DNA from: an uncultured Clostridia bacterium
GTDB taxonomy: Bacteria; Bacillota; Clostridia; UBA1381
Assembly: GCA_947624485.1 (NCBI GenBank)
Contig: CANQKM010000007.1
Span: 64,760-128,759 of the forward strand
Length of the DNA stretch: 64,000 bases
Direction: 5' to 3'
Below are positions 17,474 to 26,328 of this stretch, one piece after another (position 1 is the first letter of the stretch; the number at the start of each line of letters is the position of its first letter). The position numbers and the translations under genes are program-made. Under the pieces are notes generated by a model. The model was not told the origin of the DNA. It worked only from the letters and a program-made list of their open reading frames with translations, and searched no databases.

Positions 17474-19129
17474 TTATTCAGCCGAGAGCATTCTGTTCAC
17501 AGCCGATATGAGCGCGTAAATCGACGCGGTGTTGATGTTGCCGTCAACGCCCGAACCCCAGTACACTTTATCGTCAATATGAATTGAAATGTACGCCGCC
17601 GCTCTCGAATCTGACGCGCGCTCGAGCGCGTGTTCGTCGTAGGAGCTTATCTCGAACCGCTTGCCGAGATACGGACGGAGCGCGTTGCAGAGCGCGTCCA
17701 AGGGGCCGTTGCCCGTGCCGCTTATCGACGACACCTTGCCGTCCGTTTCAATCGTAGCCGACAGCGTCGTTTTCTCGCCGTCCTCGCCGGAACGGTAGAA
17801 GCGCAGTTTAATAGGCTCGGACGTGTTCACGTACAAATCCTTGAACGCCTGATGTATCTCGTGGTTTGAAAGCACCGTCTGTTTTTCGTCCGACATATCG
17901 TTTATAATGCCCGAAAACTCGACGAGCATCTTCTTCGGCAGCCTGTAGCCGTACTTGTTTTCCATGATAAAGCTTACGCCACCCTTGCCCGACTGGCTGT
18001 TAATGAGGATAGGCTCGTATTTTCTGCCGATGTCCGACGGATCGATCGTGAGGTACGGGTTTGCCCACTTGTTGTCGGGGCTTATGCCGAAGCGATCCAT
18101 GCTCTTTTTGATTGCGTCCTGGTGCGAGCCGGAGAACGCCACATACGCCATCGAGCCGGCGTAGGGGTGTCTGGGGTGAATGGGGATTTTGTTGTACTTC
18201 TCGAACACCTCGATCAATTCGTCTATGTTTTCGAGGTTGAGCATCGGATCTATACCCTGGCAGAACATATTGAGCGCTACCGTGATAATATCGGTGTTAC
18301 CCGTTCTCTCACCGTTGCCGAATATCGTGCCTTCCACTCTGTCCGCACCCGCCAGAAGCGCAAGCTCGCTTGACGCGACGCCTGTGCCGCGGTCGTTGTG
18401 CGCGTGTACGCTTATAACGAGGTTTTCGCGGTGGTTGAGATGCCTGCACATGTACTCGATCTGGTCAGCGTACACGTTCGCGGTCGCGACCTCGATAGTC
18501 GAGGGCAGATTTATTATAACCTTGTTGTCAGCCGACGGCTCGAACACGTCAATAACGGCGTTGCACACCTCGGCGGCGTAATCCGGCTCGGTGCAGGTGA
18601 AGCTTTCGGGCGAGTACTCGTAGCGGATATTGCCGTCGAGCTTACCCGAAACAAGGCTCTTTACGAGCTTCGCGCCGTCAACGGCAAGCTGCTTGATCTC
18701 GTCCTTGTTCTTGTTGAACACAACGTCGCGCTGGAGCGTCGAGGTGGAGTTGTAGAGGTGGATAATGGCGTTTTTCGCGCCCTTGACAGCCTCTATCGTT
18801 TTTTCGATTATGTGCGTTCTCGCCTGCGTAAGCACCTGGATCGTAACGTCGTCGGGAATGAGTCCCTCGTCGATAAGGCGGCGGCAGAACTCAAACTCCG
18901 TGTGCGACGCTGCGGGGAAGCCTACCTCGATCTCCTTAAATCCGATTTTGACGAGGAATTTGAAGAACTCAATTTTTTCCTCGGTCGTCATCGGTGAGTA
19001 AAGCGCCTGGTTACCGTCGCGCAGATCCACGCTGCACCACACGGGTGCGTGCGTGATCTCCTTATCGGGCCACTCGCGGTTTTCGAGCGGCACGGGATGG
19101 TACATTTTCTGATATTTTTTGTAGTTCAT
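17474..19129 (-). CDS. leuA: 2-isopropylmalate synthase (long form)
   Basis: 551 aa. N-terminal WCSVDLRDGNQAL, HAHNDRGTG, and a C-terminal LeuA allosteric domain. Confidence 0.93.
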   Translation of the reverse strand: MNYKKYQKMYHPVPLENREWPDKEITHAPVWCSVDLRDGNQALYSPMTTEEKIEFFKFLVKIGFKEIEVGFPAASHTEFEFCRRLIDEGLIPDDVTIQVLTQARTHIIEKTIEAVKGAKNAIIHLYNSTSTLQRDVVFNKNKDEIKQLAVDGAKLVKSLVSGKLDGNIRYEYSPESFTCTEPDYAAEVCNAVIDVFEPSADNKVIINLPSTIEVATANVYADQIEYMCRHLNHRENLVISVHAHNDRGTGVASSELALLAGADRVEGTIFGNGERTGNTDIITVALNMFCQGIDPMLNLENIDELIEVFEKYNKIPIHPRHPYAGSMAYVAFSGSHQDAIKKSMDRFGISPDNKWANPYLTIDPSDIGRKYEPILINSQSGKGGVSFIMENKYGYRLPKKMLVEFSGIINDMSDEKQTVLSNHEIHQAFKDLYVNTSEPIKLRFYRSGEDGEKTTLSATIETDGKVSSISGTGNGPLDALCNALRPYLGKRFEISSYDEHALERASDSRAAAYISIHIDDKVYWGSGVDGNINTASIYALISAVNRMLSAE

Positions 19130-19182
19130 AAAACTGACTCCTTTCCTTCGGGTACATTGCGAAGCCCTGCGCGATATTCATC

Positions 19183-19212
19183 AAAAAAGCTGAGCCACGC
19201 AATGGACTCAGC
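19183..19212 (-). terminator. Attenuator terminator in the leuA leader
   Basis: Minus strand reads GCTGAGTC-CATTGCGT-GGCTCAGC followed by TTTTTT, about 50 nt before the leuA SD. Confidence 0.7.
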
Positions 19213-19268
19213 ATAATTCCAATACTTATACAGTACAGAAAAACCAAACTGAAGACACCATTGCCCGT

Positions 19269-19319
19269 TCAGCTTAGAAGTAGGAGAGTATTTAATTTTG
19301 CGAACGCCTCGTAACGCAT
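19269..19319 (-). CDS. Leucine-rich leader peptide (16 codons; below ORF-track cutoff)
   Basis: GAGGTG SD lies 7 nt upstream. Hand translation is MRYEAFAKLNTLLLLS, with four consecutive Leu codons CTC CTA CTT CTA just before the stop. Confidence 0.6.
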   Translation of the reverse strand: MRYEAFAKLNTLLLLS

Positions 19320-19349
19320 AATTAACACCTCTTTCATGTACTTTACGTT

Positions 19350-19378
19350 ATTTTACAATAAAAATCCTTATATGTCAA
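19350..19378 (-). promoter_or_regulatory. leuA leader promoter
   Basis: Minus strand reads TTGACA (19378-19373), 17-nt spacer, TAAAAT (19355-19350). Confidence 0.65.
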
Positions 19379-19500
19379 CATCTTTTTTGAATTTGAGCGC
19401 ATAAAAAAAGAATATCGGCAAATTCGATATAAATGTATTTGCATTTTCATACGCTTTGTTGTAAAATATATATAGATTTTATAATGGGAGAACATGGATT

Positions 19501-20334
19501 ATGCAAACTTACATAAACGAAACGACCGACGAGGAGCGCGCTTTTTACGGAATAAGCGGCGCGCGTCTCGTAAACTGTACGTTTGAGGGCGAGGCTGACG
19601 GCGAGTCGGCGCTTAAAGAAACGTCCGACCTTGAGATAGAGGGCTGCACCTTTAAGCTCCGCTATCCGCTATGGCACACGCGCCGAGCCGTTATAACGGA
19701 CTGCGAGATGACCGGCACGTGCCGCGCCGCGCTTTGGTACGACAACGATATTGAAATCAAAAACACGCGTCTCGGCGGCATCAAGGCGCTGCGCGAATGC
19801 GGCAACATCACGCTCGGAAAGTGCGATATTGACTCCGTGGAGTTCGGCTGGTTCTGCCGTGACATAAGGCTCACGGACTGCACGCTCACGTCCGAATATC
19901 CGTTCATGCGCTGCCGGAACGTGGAAATCGAAAACCTGCATATGACTGGCAAGTACTCGTTCCAGTACGTCGAAAACATGACGATACGCGATTCCGTTCT
20001 CGACACGAAGGACGCGTTCTGGCACAGCAAAAACGTGACGGTGTACGACAGCGTCGTAAACGGCGAGTACCTCGCGTGGTACAGCGAAAACCTGCGCCTT
20101 GTGCGCTGCAAGATAAAGGGTACGCAGCCGCTTTGCTACGCGAAAGGGCTTGTACTGGAGGACTGCAAGATGATAGACTGCGACCTGTCGTTTGAAAAAA
20201 GCGACGTGACCGCGACCGTAAAGGGCGGTATCACAAGCGTCAAAAACCCCTACAGCGGCAGCATTACCGCAGACGGCATAGGCGAGATAATCATTGACGA
20301 CGAAAACAGCAAGTGCCGTATAATATTCGGGTAA
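19501..20334 (+). CDS. Parallel beta-helix repeat protein, DUF3737-like
   Basis: 277 aa with a periodic ~22-aa repeat (...I.nC.f......w......i.ds...). The family assignment is from memory of DUF3737 proteins, not from a search. Confidence 0.45.
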   Translation: MQTYINETTDEERAFYGISGARLVNCTFEGEADGESALKETSDLEIEGCTFKLRYPLWHTRRAVITDCEMTGTCRAALWYDNDIEIKNTRLGGIKALRECGNITLGKCDIDSVEFGWFCRDIRLTDCTLTSEYPFMRCRNVEIENLHMTGKYSFQYVENMTIRDSVLDTKDAFWHSKNVTVYDSVVNGEYLAWYSENLRLVRCKIKGTQPLCYAKGLVLEDCKMIDCDLSFEKSDVTATVKGGITSVKNPYSGSITADGIGEIIIDDENSKCRIIFG

Positions 20335-20335
20335 C

Positions 20336-20368
20336 AAAAAACCGAGGCGAACAATGCCTCGGTTTTTT
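20336..20368. terminator. Bidirectional intrinsic terminator
   Basis: AAAAAA-CCGAGGC-GAACAAT-GCCTCGG-TTTTTT between convergent genes. Confidence 0.85.
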
Positions 20369-20369
20369 G

Positions 20370-20969
20370 TTATTTTCCGCATTTCTTTAAGCCCGTACCC
20401 ATAATCTTTTTCTGCTTCAGGCCGCTTTGCATTTTGTCAAGCGCTTCGCCGAAACGCTGGAAATGCACGACCTCACGCTGACGGAGGAATTTAATTACCT
20501 CGTTCACGTCGGGATCGTCGGACAGGCGCAGAATGTTGTCGTACACGGCGCGCGCCTTTTGCTCCGCCGCGAGATCCTCGTAAAGGTTCGTGAGCGGATC
20601 GCCGGTAACGGCTATGGACGCCGCGTTAAACGGCGAACCCTGTGAGCTTTGCGGGTATACCGACGCGCCGTTGTCGCTGTAATATTCCCAGCCTTGCAGC
20701 TTTTCCCACTCTTCGGGCGGCGCGCACTTTGAAAGCTGCGACACGAGCGAGCCGACTATTTCAAGGTGCGCAAGCTCCTCCGTGCCTATGTCCGTCAAAA
20801 GTCCCTTGCTTACCTTGTCGGGCATGGTGTATCGCTGCGACAGATACCTTACCGACGCGGCAAGCTCACCGTTGGGGCCGCCGTACTGCGTTATGATGAT
20901 ATTCGCGAGGCGAGGGTTGGTATTTTTTATTTTCACGGGGTATTCGAGAAATTTCTTATATTCAAACAT
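20370..20969 (-). CDS. cotJC: Spore coat protein CotJC (manganese-catalase family)
   Basis: MFEYKKFLEYPVKI...QYGGPNGELAA..RYL.QRY...TEELAHLE is typical of CotJC. Confidence 0.9.
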   Translation of the reverse strand: MFEYKKFLEYPVKIKNTNPRLANIIITQYGGPNGELAASVRYLSQRYTMPDKVSKGLLTDIGTEELAHLEIVGSLVSQLSKCAPPEEWEKLQGWEYYSDNGASVYPQSSQGSPFNAASIAVTGDPLTNLYEDLAAEQKARAVYDNILRLSDDPDVNEVIKFLRQREVVHFQRFGEALDKMQSGLKQKKIMGTGLKKCGK

Positions 20970-21229
20970 TACTTATTCCCCTCCTTTTCCCATGGCCACG
21001 GATTGTCGAGCCAGTTAAAGCTTTCCTGTTCGGGAACGGCGGACTGCATGAGCGGTCCGAATTTGTTCTCGTACTCCGCTATGAGAGCCTTTTTCTTCGC
21101 GCCCAGTGACTGAAGCAGCTTAAACGCCTTCTTGTCGTCCTCGTGCGTGTCGAGGTAAAGCAGCATATCGTACTCCGCGAAATTCGTCTGCTGTATTTTC
21201 TTGAGCAGATTTAACGCTTCCTCACTCAT
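20969..21229 (-). CDS. cotJB: Spore coat protein CotJB
   Basis: The internal start MSEEALNLLKKIQQTNFAEYDMLLYLDTH... (86 aa) fits CotJB. The longer 143-aa ORF adds an Arg-rich, non-homologous N-terminal extension. Confidence 0.8.
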   Translation of the reverse strand: MSEEALNLLKKIQQTNFAEYDMLLYLDTHEDDKKAFKLLQSLGAKKKALIAEYENKFGPLMQSAVPEQESFNWLDNPWPWEKEGNK

Positions 21230-21468
21230 CCGCGCACACCTCCCCACTTCTTGCACACCTTTCCGTACTCGTTTATATCCAAAGCAAGCTCGGGGAATAT
21301 CGTACCCTGTTCGAGCGCGGCGGCGCAGTCGTAAACAGACTCCATCATCTGCACGGGAACATAGCCGTAGCCGACGCAGCCGCACTGCGTCAGGTCGCAC
21401 GCCGGCGCGTTGTATTTATCGCTCAGCGCGGTTATCATTTCCATTTGCAGCATCTCCTTTTCTTTCAT
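21226..21468 (-). CDS. cotJA: Spore coat-associated protein CotJA
   Basis: GYGYVPVQ....Y....AL..GTIFPEL motif and a 4-nt overlap with cotJB. The exact start is uncertain because there are several in-frame Met codons. Confidence 0.75.
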   Translation of the reverse strand: MKEKEMLQMEMITALSDKYNAPACDLTQCGCVGYGYVPVQMMESVYDCAAALEQGTIFPELALDINEYGKVCKKWGGVRG

Positions 21469-21549
21469 ATTAAGACGTTTGCGTCTCGATTTATACTATG
21501 CCGGCGCGGCGGATCGGGTGAAAAAATCCGATAATTTTACATTCATATA

Positions 21550-21578
21550 TTGAAAATTCGGTATTCGCATAGTATAAT
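21550..21578 (+). promoter_or_regulatory. Promoter of the GH51 gene
   Basis: TTGAAA, 17-nt spacer, TATAAT. Confidence 0.6.
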
Positions 21579-21611
21579 GATACCGTCAAAAACGAATGAA
21601 AGGATAACTCT

Positions 21612-23072
21612 ATGAAAGCAAAATTAAATTATTCCGAAAAACTCGGTAAAATCAGCAAATATATTTACGGACAGTTCGCGGAGCATCTCGGACGCTGCAT
21701 TTATGAGGGCGTGTACGTTGAGGACGATTCCGTTCCCAATGTGAACGGTATGCGCTGCGATGTTGTAAACGCGCTTAAAGAGCTTGAAATACCCGTGCTG
21801 CGCTGGCCCGGCGGCTGCTTCGCCGACGACTACCACTGGCGCGACGGCATTGGCGAAAGGGAGAGCCGCCCGTACATGGTAAACACGAACTGGGGCGGCG
21901 TGGTCGAGAACAATCACTTCGGCACGCATGAGTTTTTTGAGCTTTGCGGGCAGCTCGGCGCGGAGCCGTACATCTGCGGCAACGTCGGCAGCGGCAGTGT
22001 GCGCGAAATGCGCGACTGGATAGAGTACATGACGTTCGACGGCGACTCCCCTCTCGCGAACGAGCGCCGCAGGAACGGACGTGAGAAGCCGTGGAAGCTC
22101 AAATTCTTCGGTATAGGCAACGAGGCCTGGGGCTGCGGCGGCGGCATGAGAGCCGAATATTACGCCGACCTGTTCAGGCAGTATAGCACGTACCTAAAGG
22201 ATTACGGCGAAGAGCCGCTTTACAAAATAGCGTGCGGTGCGGACAAGCGCGACACGGAGTGGACGGACAAGGTCATGAAAAGCGTCGGCGGCAGAATGAG
22301 CGCAATATCGCTCCACAATTACAGTTTCGAGCGCGACTGGGATCATAAGGGTAGCTCCGTCGATTTCGACGAACACGGCTGGTACAGCAATATGGCGAGC
22401 GCGTATCTGATGAAGGAGACGATCGAAGCGCACAAAAAGGTCATGGACGAAAACGATCCCGACGGCAAAATCGCGCTAATCGTGGACGAGTGGGGCAACT
22501 GGTACGATGTTATGCCCGGCACGAATCCCGGCTTCCTCTACCAGCAGAACACCGTGCGCGACGCGGTCGCGGGCATGATGATACTGCACATTTTCCACGA
22601 GAATAACGACAGAGTGTACATGGCGAACATAGCGCAGATGGTAAACGTGCTGCAGGCTATGATTTTGACAGAGGGCGACCGAATCGTACTCACACCGACG
22701 TACCACCTGTTCAAAATGATGAAAGGTCACATGGACGGCGAGCGTCTCGCGCTCGAATACGACGAAAAGCCGTACGATACGGACAACGGCAAGGCGGTAA
22801 AGATAAGCATGTCCGCGTCTGAGAAGGACGGCGTTATAACGCTGTCGGCGTGCAACACGTCTCTTACCGACGGCGAGGATATTGAAATCGAGCTGTCGGG
22901 CGCGGACGCTAAGAATGCGTCGGCTCTCGTCATCACCGGTGAAATGAACGCTCACAACACCTTTGACGAGCCGGATAAAGTTAAGCCCGAAAAGATGGAC
23001 GTAACACTCACTGACGGTGCGCTGTCGTTTAAGCTTCCCGCGAAAAGCGCGGCTGTTATCACGGTAAAATGA
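21612..23072 (+). CDS. abfA: Alpha-L-arabinofuranosidase, glycoside hydrolase family 51
   Basis: [33 protein letters not shown], and the catalytic region [12 protein letters not shown]. Confidence 0.9.
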   Translation: MKAKLNYSEKLGKISKYIYGQFAEHLGRCIYEGVYVEDDSVPNVNGMRCDVVNALKELEIPVLRWPGGCFADDYHWRDGIGERESRPYMVNTNWGGVVENNHFGTHEFFELCGQLGAEPYICGNVGSGSVREMRDWIEYMTFDGDSPLANERRRNGREKPWKLKFFGIGNEAWGCGGGMRAEYYADLFRQYSTYLKDYGEEPLYKIACGADKRDTEWTDKVMKSVGGRMSAISLHNYSFERDWDHKGSSVDFDEHGWYSNMASAYLMKETIEAHKKVMDENDPDGKIALIVDEWGNWYDVMPGTNPGFLYQQNTVRDAVAGMMILHIFHENNDRVYMANIAQMVNVLQAMILTEGDRIVLTPTYHLFKMMKGHMDGERLALEYDEKPYDTDNGKAVKISMSASEKDGVITLSACNTSLTDGEDIEIELSGADAKNASALVITGEMNAHNTFDEPDKVKPEKMDVTLTDGALSFKLPAKSAAVITVK

Positions 23073-23320
23073 CGGATAAGTGTAAGCGGTGCGCCGTTAA
23101 AACGGCGCTGTCGGAAAGCGATATACAAAGGATGATTGACGAGGTGAGCGCGATGCGCGGCGTGCGCCTTATCGGAGAGGACACGTACAAAAACCGCCTC
23201 GATTTGTGCGGGGAGTGCGAAAAGCTTCTGTACGGCACGACCTGCTCCGCGTGCGGATGCGTTGTGCGCGTGCGCGCGCTTCTCGCGGACGGAAGGTGTC
23301 CGAAGAAAAAATGGGGATAA
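23069..23320 (+). CDS. Small Cys-rich protein (83 aa; three CxxC pairs), function unknown
   Basis: Its ATG overlaps the abfA stop (ATGA). Cysteine pairs are C5/C8, C47/C50 and C59/C62(/C64), plus C77. Its 3' end overlaps the comF start by 10 nt. Confidence 0.5.
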   Translation: MTDKCKRCAVKTALSESDIQRMIDEVSAMRGVRLIGEDTYKNRLDLCGECEKLLYGTTCSACGCVVRVRALLADGRCPKKKWG

Positions 23321-24012
23321 TTTTCAAAAGAAATTTTATCTGTGTGTTCTGCGAGGAACGCGTCAGAAAAGAAAACGTGTACATAAAAACCGAAAATATA
23401 TGTATATGCCGCAAGTGTTACGGCGCGATTGTCAAAAATACTCCCGCGATGCCGTTTGAGGGCGCGGGCGATGTTTCATACGTCATATCGCCGTTTGAGT
23501 ACGGCGGCGCGCTGCGCGACACGGTGCTTGACTTTAAGTTCCGCGGCTGTCATGCGTACGCGAAGCTGTACGCCGAAATGATGAAGGACTACCTGTTGTC
23601 ATACGATATATGGCAGGATTTTGACTGTATCGTACCCGTGCCGCTGCACAGCGGCAGAATGAGGGAGCGCGGCTACAACCAGTCGGAGCTTATAGCAAGG
23701 CACGTTTCGGAATATATAGGCGTTCCGCTCCGTACCGACCTTGTGCGGCGCGGACGCGCGACAAAACGGCAAAGCTCGCTCGAGGGCATGGACAGAGTAT
23801 CGAACGTGCGCGGCGCGTTTGAGTGCGCGGGTGACGCGTCGGGCAAGAGGATTGTGCTGTTCGACGACATATTCACGACCGGCAGCACGCTCCGCGCGTG
23901 CGCCGAACCGCTCAAAGCAGCCGGCGCGGAAAGCATATGCGCCGTTACGCTCGCCATGCACGCGCAGCATAAGCTGTCGTGGTCGGACAGATTAAACGCA
24001 AATATGCACTGA
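23311..24012 (+). CDS. comF: ComF-family protein (phosphoribosyltransferase domain)
   Basis: Start chosen at [15 protein letters not shown]... It has an N-terminal Cys4 zinc finger, ERGYNQSELIA, and the PRTase loop VLFDDIFTTGSTL. Confidence 0.8.
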   Translation: MGIIFKRNFICVFCEERVRKENVYIKTENICICRKCYGAIVKNTPAMPFEGAGDVSYVISPFEYGGALRDTVLDFKFRGCHAYAKLYAEMMKDYLLSYDIWQDFDCIVPVPLHSGRMRERGYNQSELIARHVSEYIGVPLRTDLVRRGRATKRQSSLEGMDRVSNVRGAFECAGDASGKRIVLFDDIFTTGSTLRACAEPLKAAGAESICAVTLAMHAQHKLSWSDRLNANMH

Positions 24013-24017
24013 ACAAG

Positions 24018-24053
24018 TAAGACGGACGAAAAATTCGGACGTCTTATTTTTTT
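24018..24053 (+). terminator. Intrinsic terminator after comF
   Basis: TAAGACG...CGTCTTA stem followed by TTTTTTT. Confidence 0.6.
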
Positions 24054-24076
24054 CAAAAATAAAATCACTGTCCGTT

Positions 24077-24105
24077 TTTACACCCACTGAATGTGATATT
24101 ATATA
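24077..24105 (+). promoter_or_regulatory. Promoter of the SWIM-protein gene
   Basis: TTTACA, 17-nt spacer, TATATA. Confidence 0.5.
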
Positions 24106-24143
24106 TACAACAAAGGAAAACATTCCATTCGGAGGTGATATTT

Positions 24144-24950
24144 ATGAAAAGGTTTTTAATCGGCTTTAACGCCGGCGGCACGGACGAACCGACGCCTGCC
24201 GCTCCGCCCGAACCCGCGGCAGCCGTGCCGAGGGAGTCGCTTGTCGACGTGTATTTCCCGAGCCGAGGCAGGACGTGGACGTACTATAACGATGAGTTCG
24301 ACCTGCACGAGGGCGACGTTGTATACGTTGACGGCAAGCTCGAAGGCAAGCAGGGACGCGTGGTGAAGGTAAATTACTCGTTCAAAATCAAGCTGTCGGA
24401 CTACAAGCGCGTTATCGCGGCTGCCGACACGTCGGTAAAGGGTGAATTTTACCTCGCGGATTCACACGTCATAACGTTTGACAAGACCGCGCTGCCTTAC
24501 GAAAAGGCGCTGCCGTGGTTCAAGGCTCCCGACAAGGATGCGGAATACGCCGTCGGAACGGAGGATGAGAGCTTTCCGCTCGACGATTTGACAAAAATGA
24601 ATATCAGTCCTATGGAGGCGTCGGACGGTAGAGGTTATTTTTATGACGGCAAGGTCGTGTACATATCACTCGACGGAACAAAGGGCAGAGCCGTTGCAGA
24701 GGGCAGCCGGTTTTACGAGATTGAATTTGAATACATTGACGGCGAAATACACAACCTCACATGCCCCTGCTACTGCAACGGCGCGTGCAGCCACGGTTTC
24801 GCCGCCATGCTTCAGCTTGACGCGATACTCAAAAAAATAAACGAGAATTATCAAGACGAATACGGCGGATATTTCGCGGCGATGGATAAGGGGACGTTTA
24901 TGAACTGCGCGGTAAACGCGAAAGACACGGGAAAGATAACCATAGGTTGA
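24144..24950 (+). CDS. Uncharacterised protein with C-terminal SWIM-type zinc finger
   Basis: Start chosen at MKRFLIGF (GGAGGTG SD). The CxCxnCxH motif is CPCYCNGACSH. The preceding beta-rich segment resembles the SWIM module at the N-terminus of the SNF2 helicase at 55961-59065. Confidence 0.6.
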   Translation: MKRFLIGFNAGGTDEPTPAAPPEPAAAVPRESLVDVYFPSRGRTWTYYNDEFDLHEGDVVYVDGKLEGKQGRVVKVNYSFKIKLSDYKRVIAAADTSVKGEFYLADSHVITFDKTALPYEKALPWFKAPDKDAEYAVGTEDESFPLDDLTKMNISPMEASDGRGYFYDGKVVYISLDGTKGRAVAEGSRFYEIEFEYIDGEIHNLTCPCYCNGACSHGFAAMLQLDAILKKINENYQDEYGGYFAAMDKGTFMNCAVNAKDTGKITIG

Positions 24951-24966
24951 CAAGGAGGTTTTTACA

Positions 24967-25158
24967 ATGCTTACGGCAATAGCAATAATCTACGTAATTT
25001 ATCAGCTGATTAAATCGGCGGCGGAGGACGCGCAGATGAAACAGTGGTGCAAGAGCAAGGGATATGACACTTACCCGTCGAACACGGGCATGCGCGACGT
25101 TAAAACAAACAAGCACTGCTACGTTGATCCGCGCACGGGCAAAAAGACGCTGTGGTAA
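24967..25158 (+). CDS. Small membrane-anchored protein (63 aa), unknown function
   Basis: AAGGAGG SD present. It has one N-terminal TM helix (LTAIAIIYVIYQLI) and a basic C-terminal tail with two Cys. Confidence 0.5.
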   Translation: MLTAIAIIYVIYQLIKSAAEDAQMKQWCKSKGYDTYPSNTGMRDVKTNKHCYVDPRTGKKTLW

Positions 25159-25160
25159 TA

Positions 25161-25189
25161 TTGCTTTCGCCGGAATTTCGTGGTATACT
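25161..25189 (+). promoter_or_regulatory. Promoter of the WYL regulator gene
   Basis: TTGCTT, 17-nt spacer, TATACT, with a TG at the extended -10 position. Confidence 0.5.
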
Positions 25190-25216
25190 GAAAAAAAACG
25201 GACGGAGGCTGAAACG

Positions 25217-26221
25217 ATGAGGCAGTCTAATCAAAGGCTTAAGCTTTTATACCTTATGCGGATATTGCTGGAGGAGACGGACGAGGAACATACCATGACC
25301 GTCCCGCAGATGATTGCCGAGCTTGCAAAGCTCGGCATATCCGCAGAGCGCAAGAGCATTTACGACGATTTGGAGTATCTGCGGCTGTTCGGACTTGATG
25401 TTTGCTCGCGGAAGTCGAAAACGACGGACTATTTTGTGGCGAGCCGTGATTTCGAGCTGCCCGAACTTAAGCTGCTCGTTGACAGCGTCCAGTCGTCAAA
25501 GTTTATCACGCACAAAAAGAGCATGGAGCTTATAGAGAAAATCGAAAAGCTGACGAGCAGACACAACGCGAAACAGCTTCGGCGGCAGGTTTTCGTGACG
25601 AACAGGGTAAAAACCTTTAACGAGCAGATTTACTACAACGTCGATAAAATCCATGAGGCTATCGCGGCGAACAAACAGATTACGTTTAGGTATTTTGATA
25701 CCGACGTCAATAAAAAGCGCGTGTACCGCAGGGACGGCGGCTTGTACACGGAGTCGCCCGTGTCGCTGACGTGGGACGACGAGAATTATTACCTGATTAC
25801 ATACAAGAAAAAGTATGACAACTACGTCCACTACCGCGTTGACAAAATGGAAAAAATCGAGCTTACGGACGCGGACAGAGAATTGCCGGAGCGGGAGTTC
25901 GACCTGTCGGAGTACGCGAAATCCATGTTCCAGATGTTCAACGGCGAGGAAACCGACGTTTCAATAATGTTCGCGAACGAGCTTGTCGGCGCGGTGTACG
26001 ACCGTTTCGGCATGAACGTCCCGATAATGAAAAGCGGCAAAGACCATTTTACATGCCGCGTAAAGGTGGCGGTAAGTCCGCATTTCCTCGCGTGGATAGC
26101 GGCGTTCGGAGATAAGGCGCGCATAGTCGAACCCGCCTCCGTCGCACGGCAGATGTGCGAAATGCTCGATAAGGCGCGCGCGAATTATGACAACACAGTC
26201 ATTATTGACGAAAGCGGGTAA
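25217..26221 (+). CDS. HTH + WYL domain transcriptional regulator
   Basis: Start chosen at MRQSNQRLKLLYLMRILLEETDEEH (winged HTH). The WYL domain is ITFRYFD...VSLTWDDENYYLITY. A C-terminal extension domain follows. Confidence 0.85.
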   Translation: MRQSNQRLKLLYLMRILLEETDEEHTMTVPQMIAELAKLGISAERKSIYDDLEYLRLFGLDVCSRKSKTTDYFVASRDFELPELKLLVDSVQSSKFITHKKSMELIEKIEKLTSRHNAKQLRRQVFVTNRVKTFNEQIYYNVDKIHEAIAANKQITFRYFDTDVNKKRVYRRDGGLYTESPVSLTWDDENYYLITYKKKYDNYVHYRVDKMEKIELTDADRELPEREFDLSEYAKSMFQMFNGEETDVSIMFANELVGAVYDRFGMNVPIMKSGKDHFTCRVKVAVSPHFLAWIAAFGDKARIVEPASVARQMCEMLDKARANYDNTVIIDESG

Positions 26222-26328
26222 ATATGGTAAACTGTATGATAGGAAACGGGCAAATGAGATAAAAATGTATTAAATTCAAATTATCGTTAAAAATAAGCAT
26301 ATATTACTTTTTAAGAGAGGATATGCTT

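Noticed and set aside
19130-19380. T-box riboswitch upstream of leuA
   Set aside because: There is no specifier-loop architecture and no conserved T-box sequence. The leader is only ~210 nt and contains an SD-preceded ORF with four consecutive Leu codons, which fits ribosome-mediated attenuation instead.
20969-21400. 143-aa long form of the cotJB ORF
   Set aside because: The extra 57 N-terminal residues are Arg-rich and overlap cotJA in another frame. The internal Met gives a typical 86-aa CotJB with a 4-nt overlap to cotJA.
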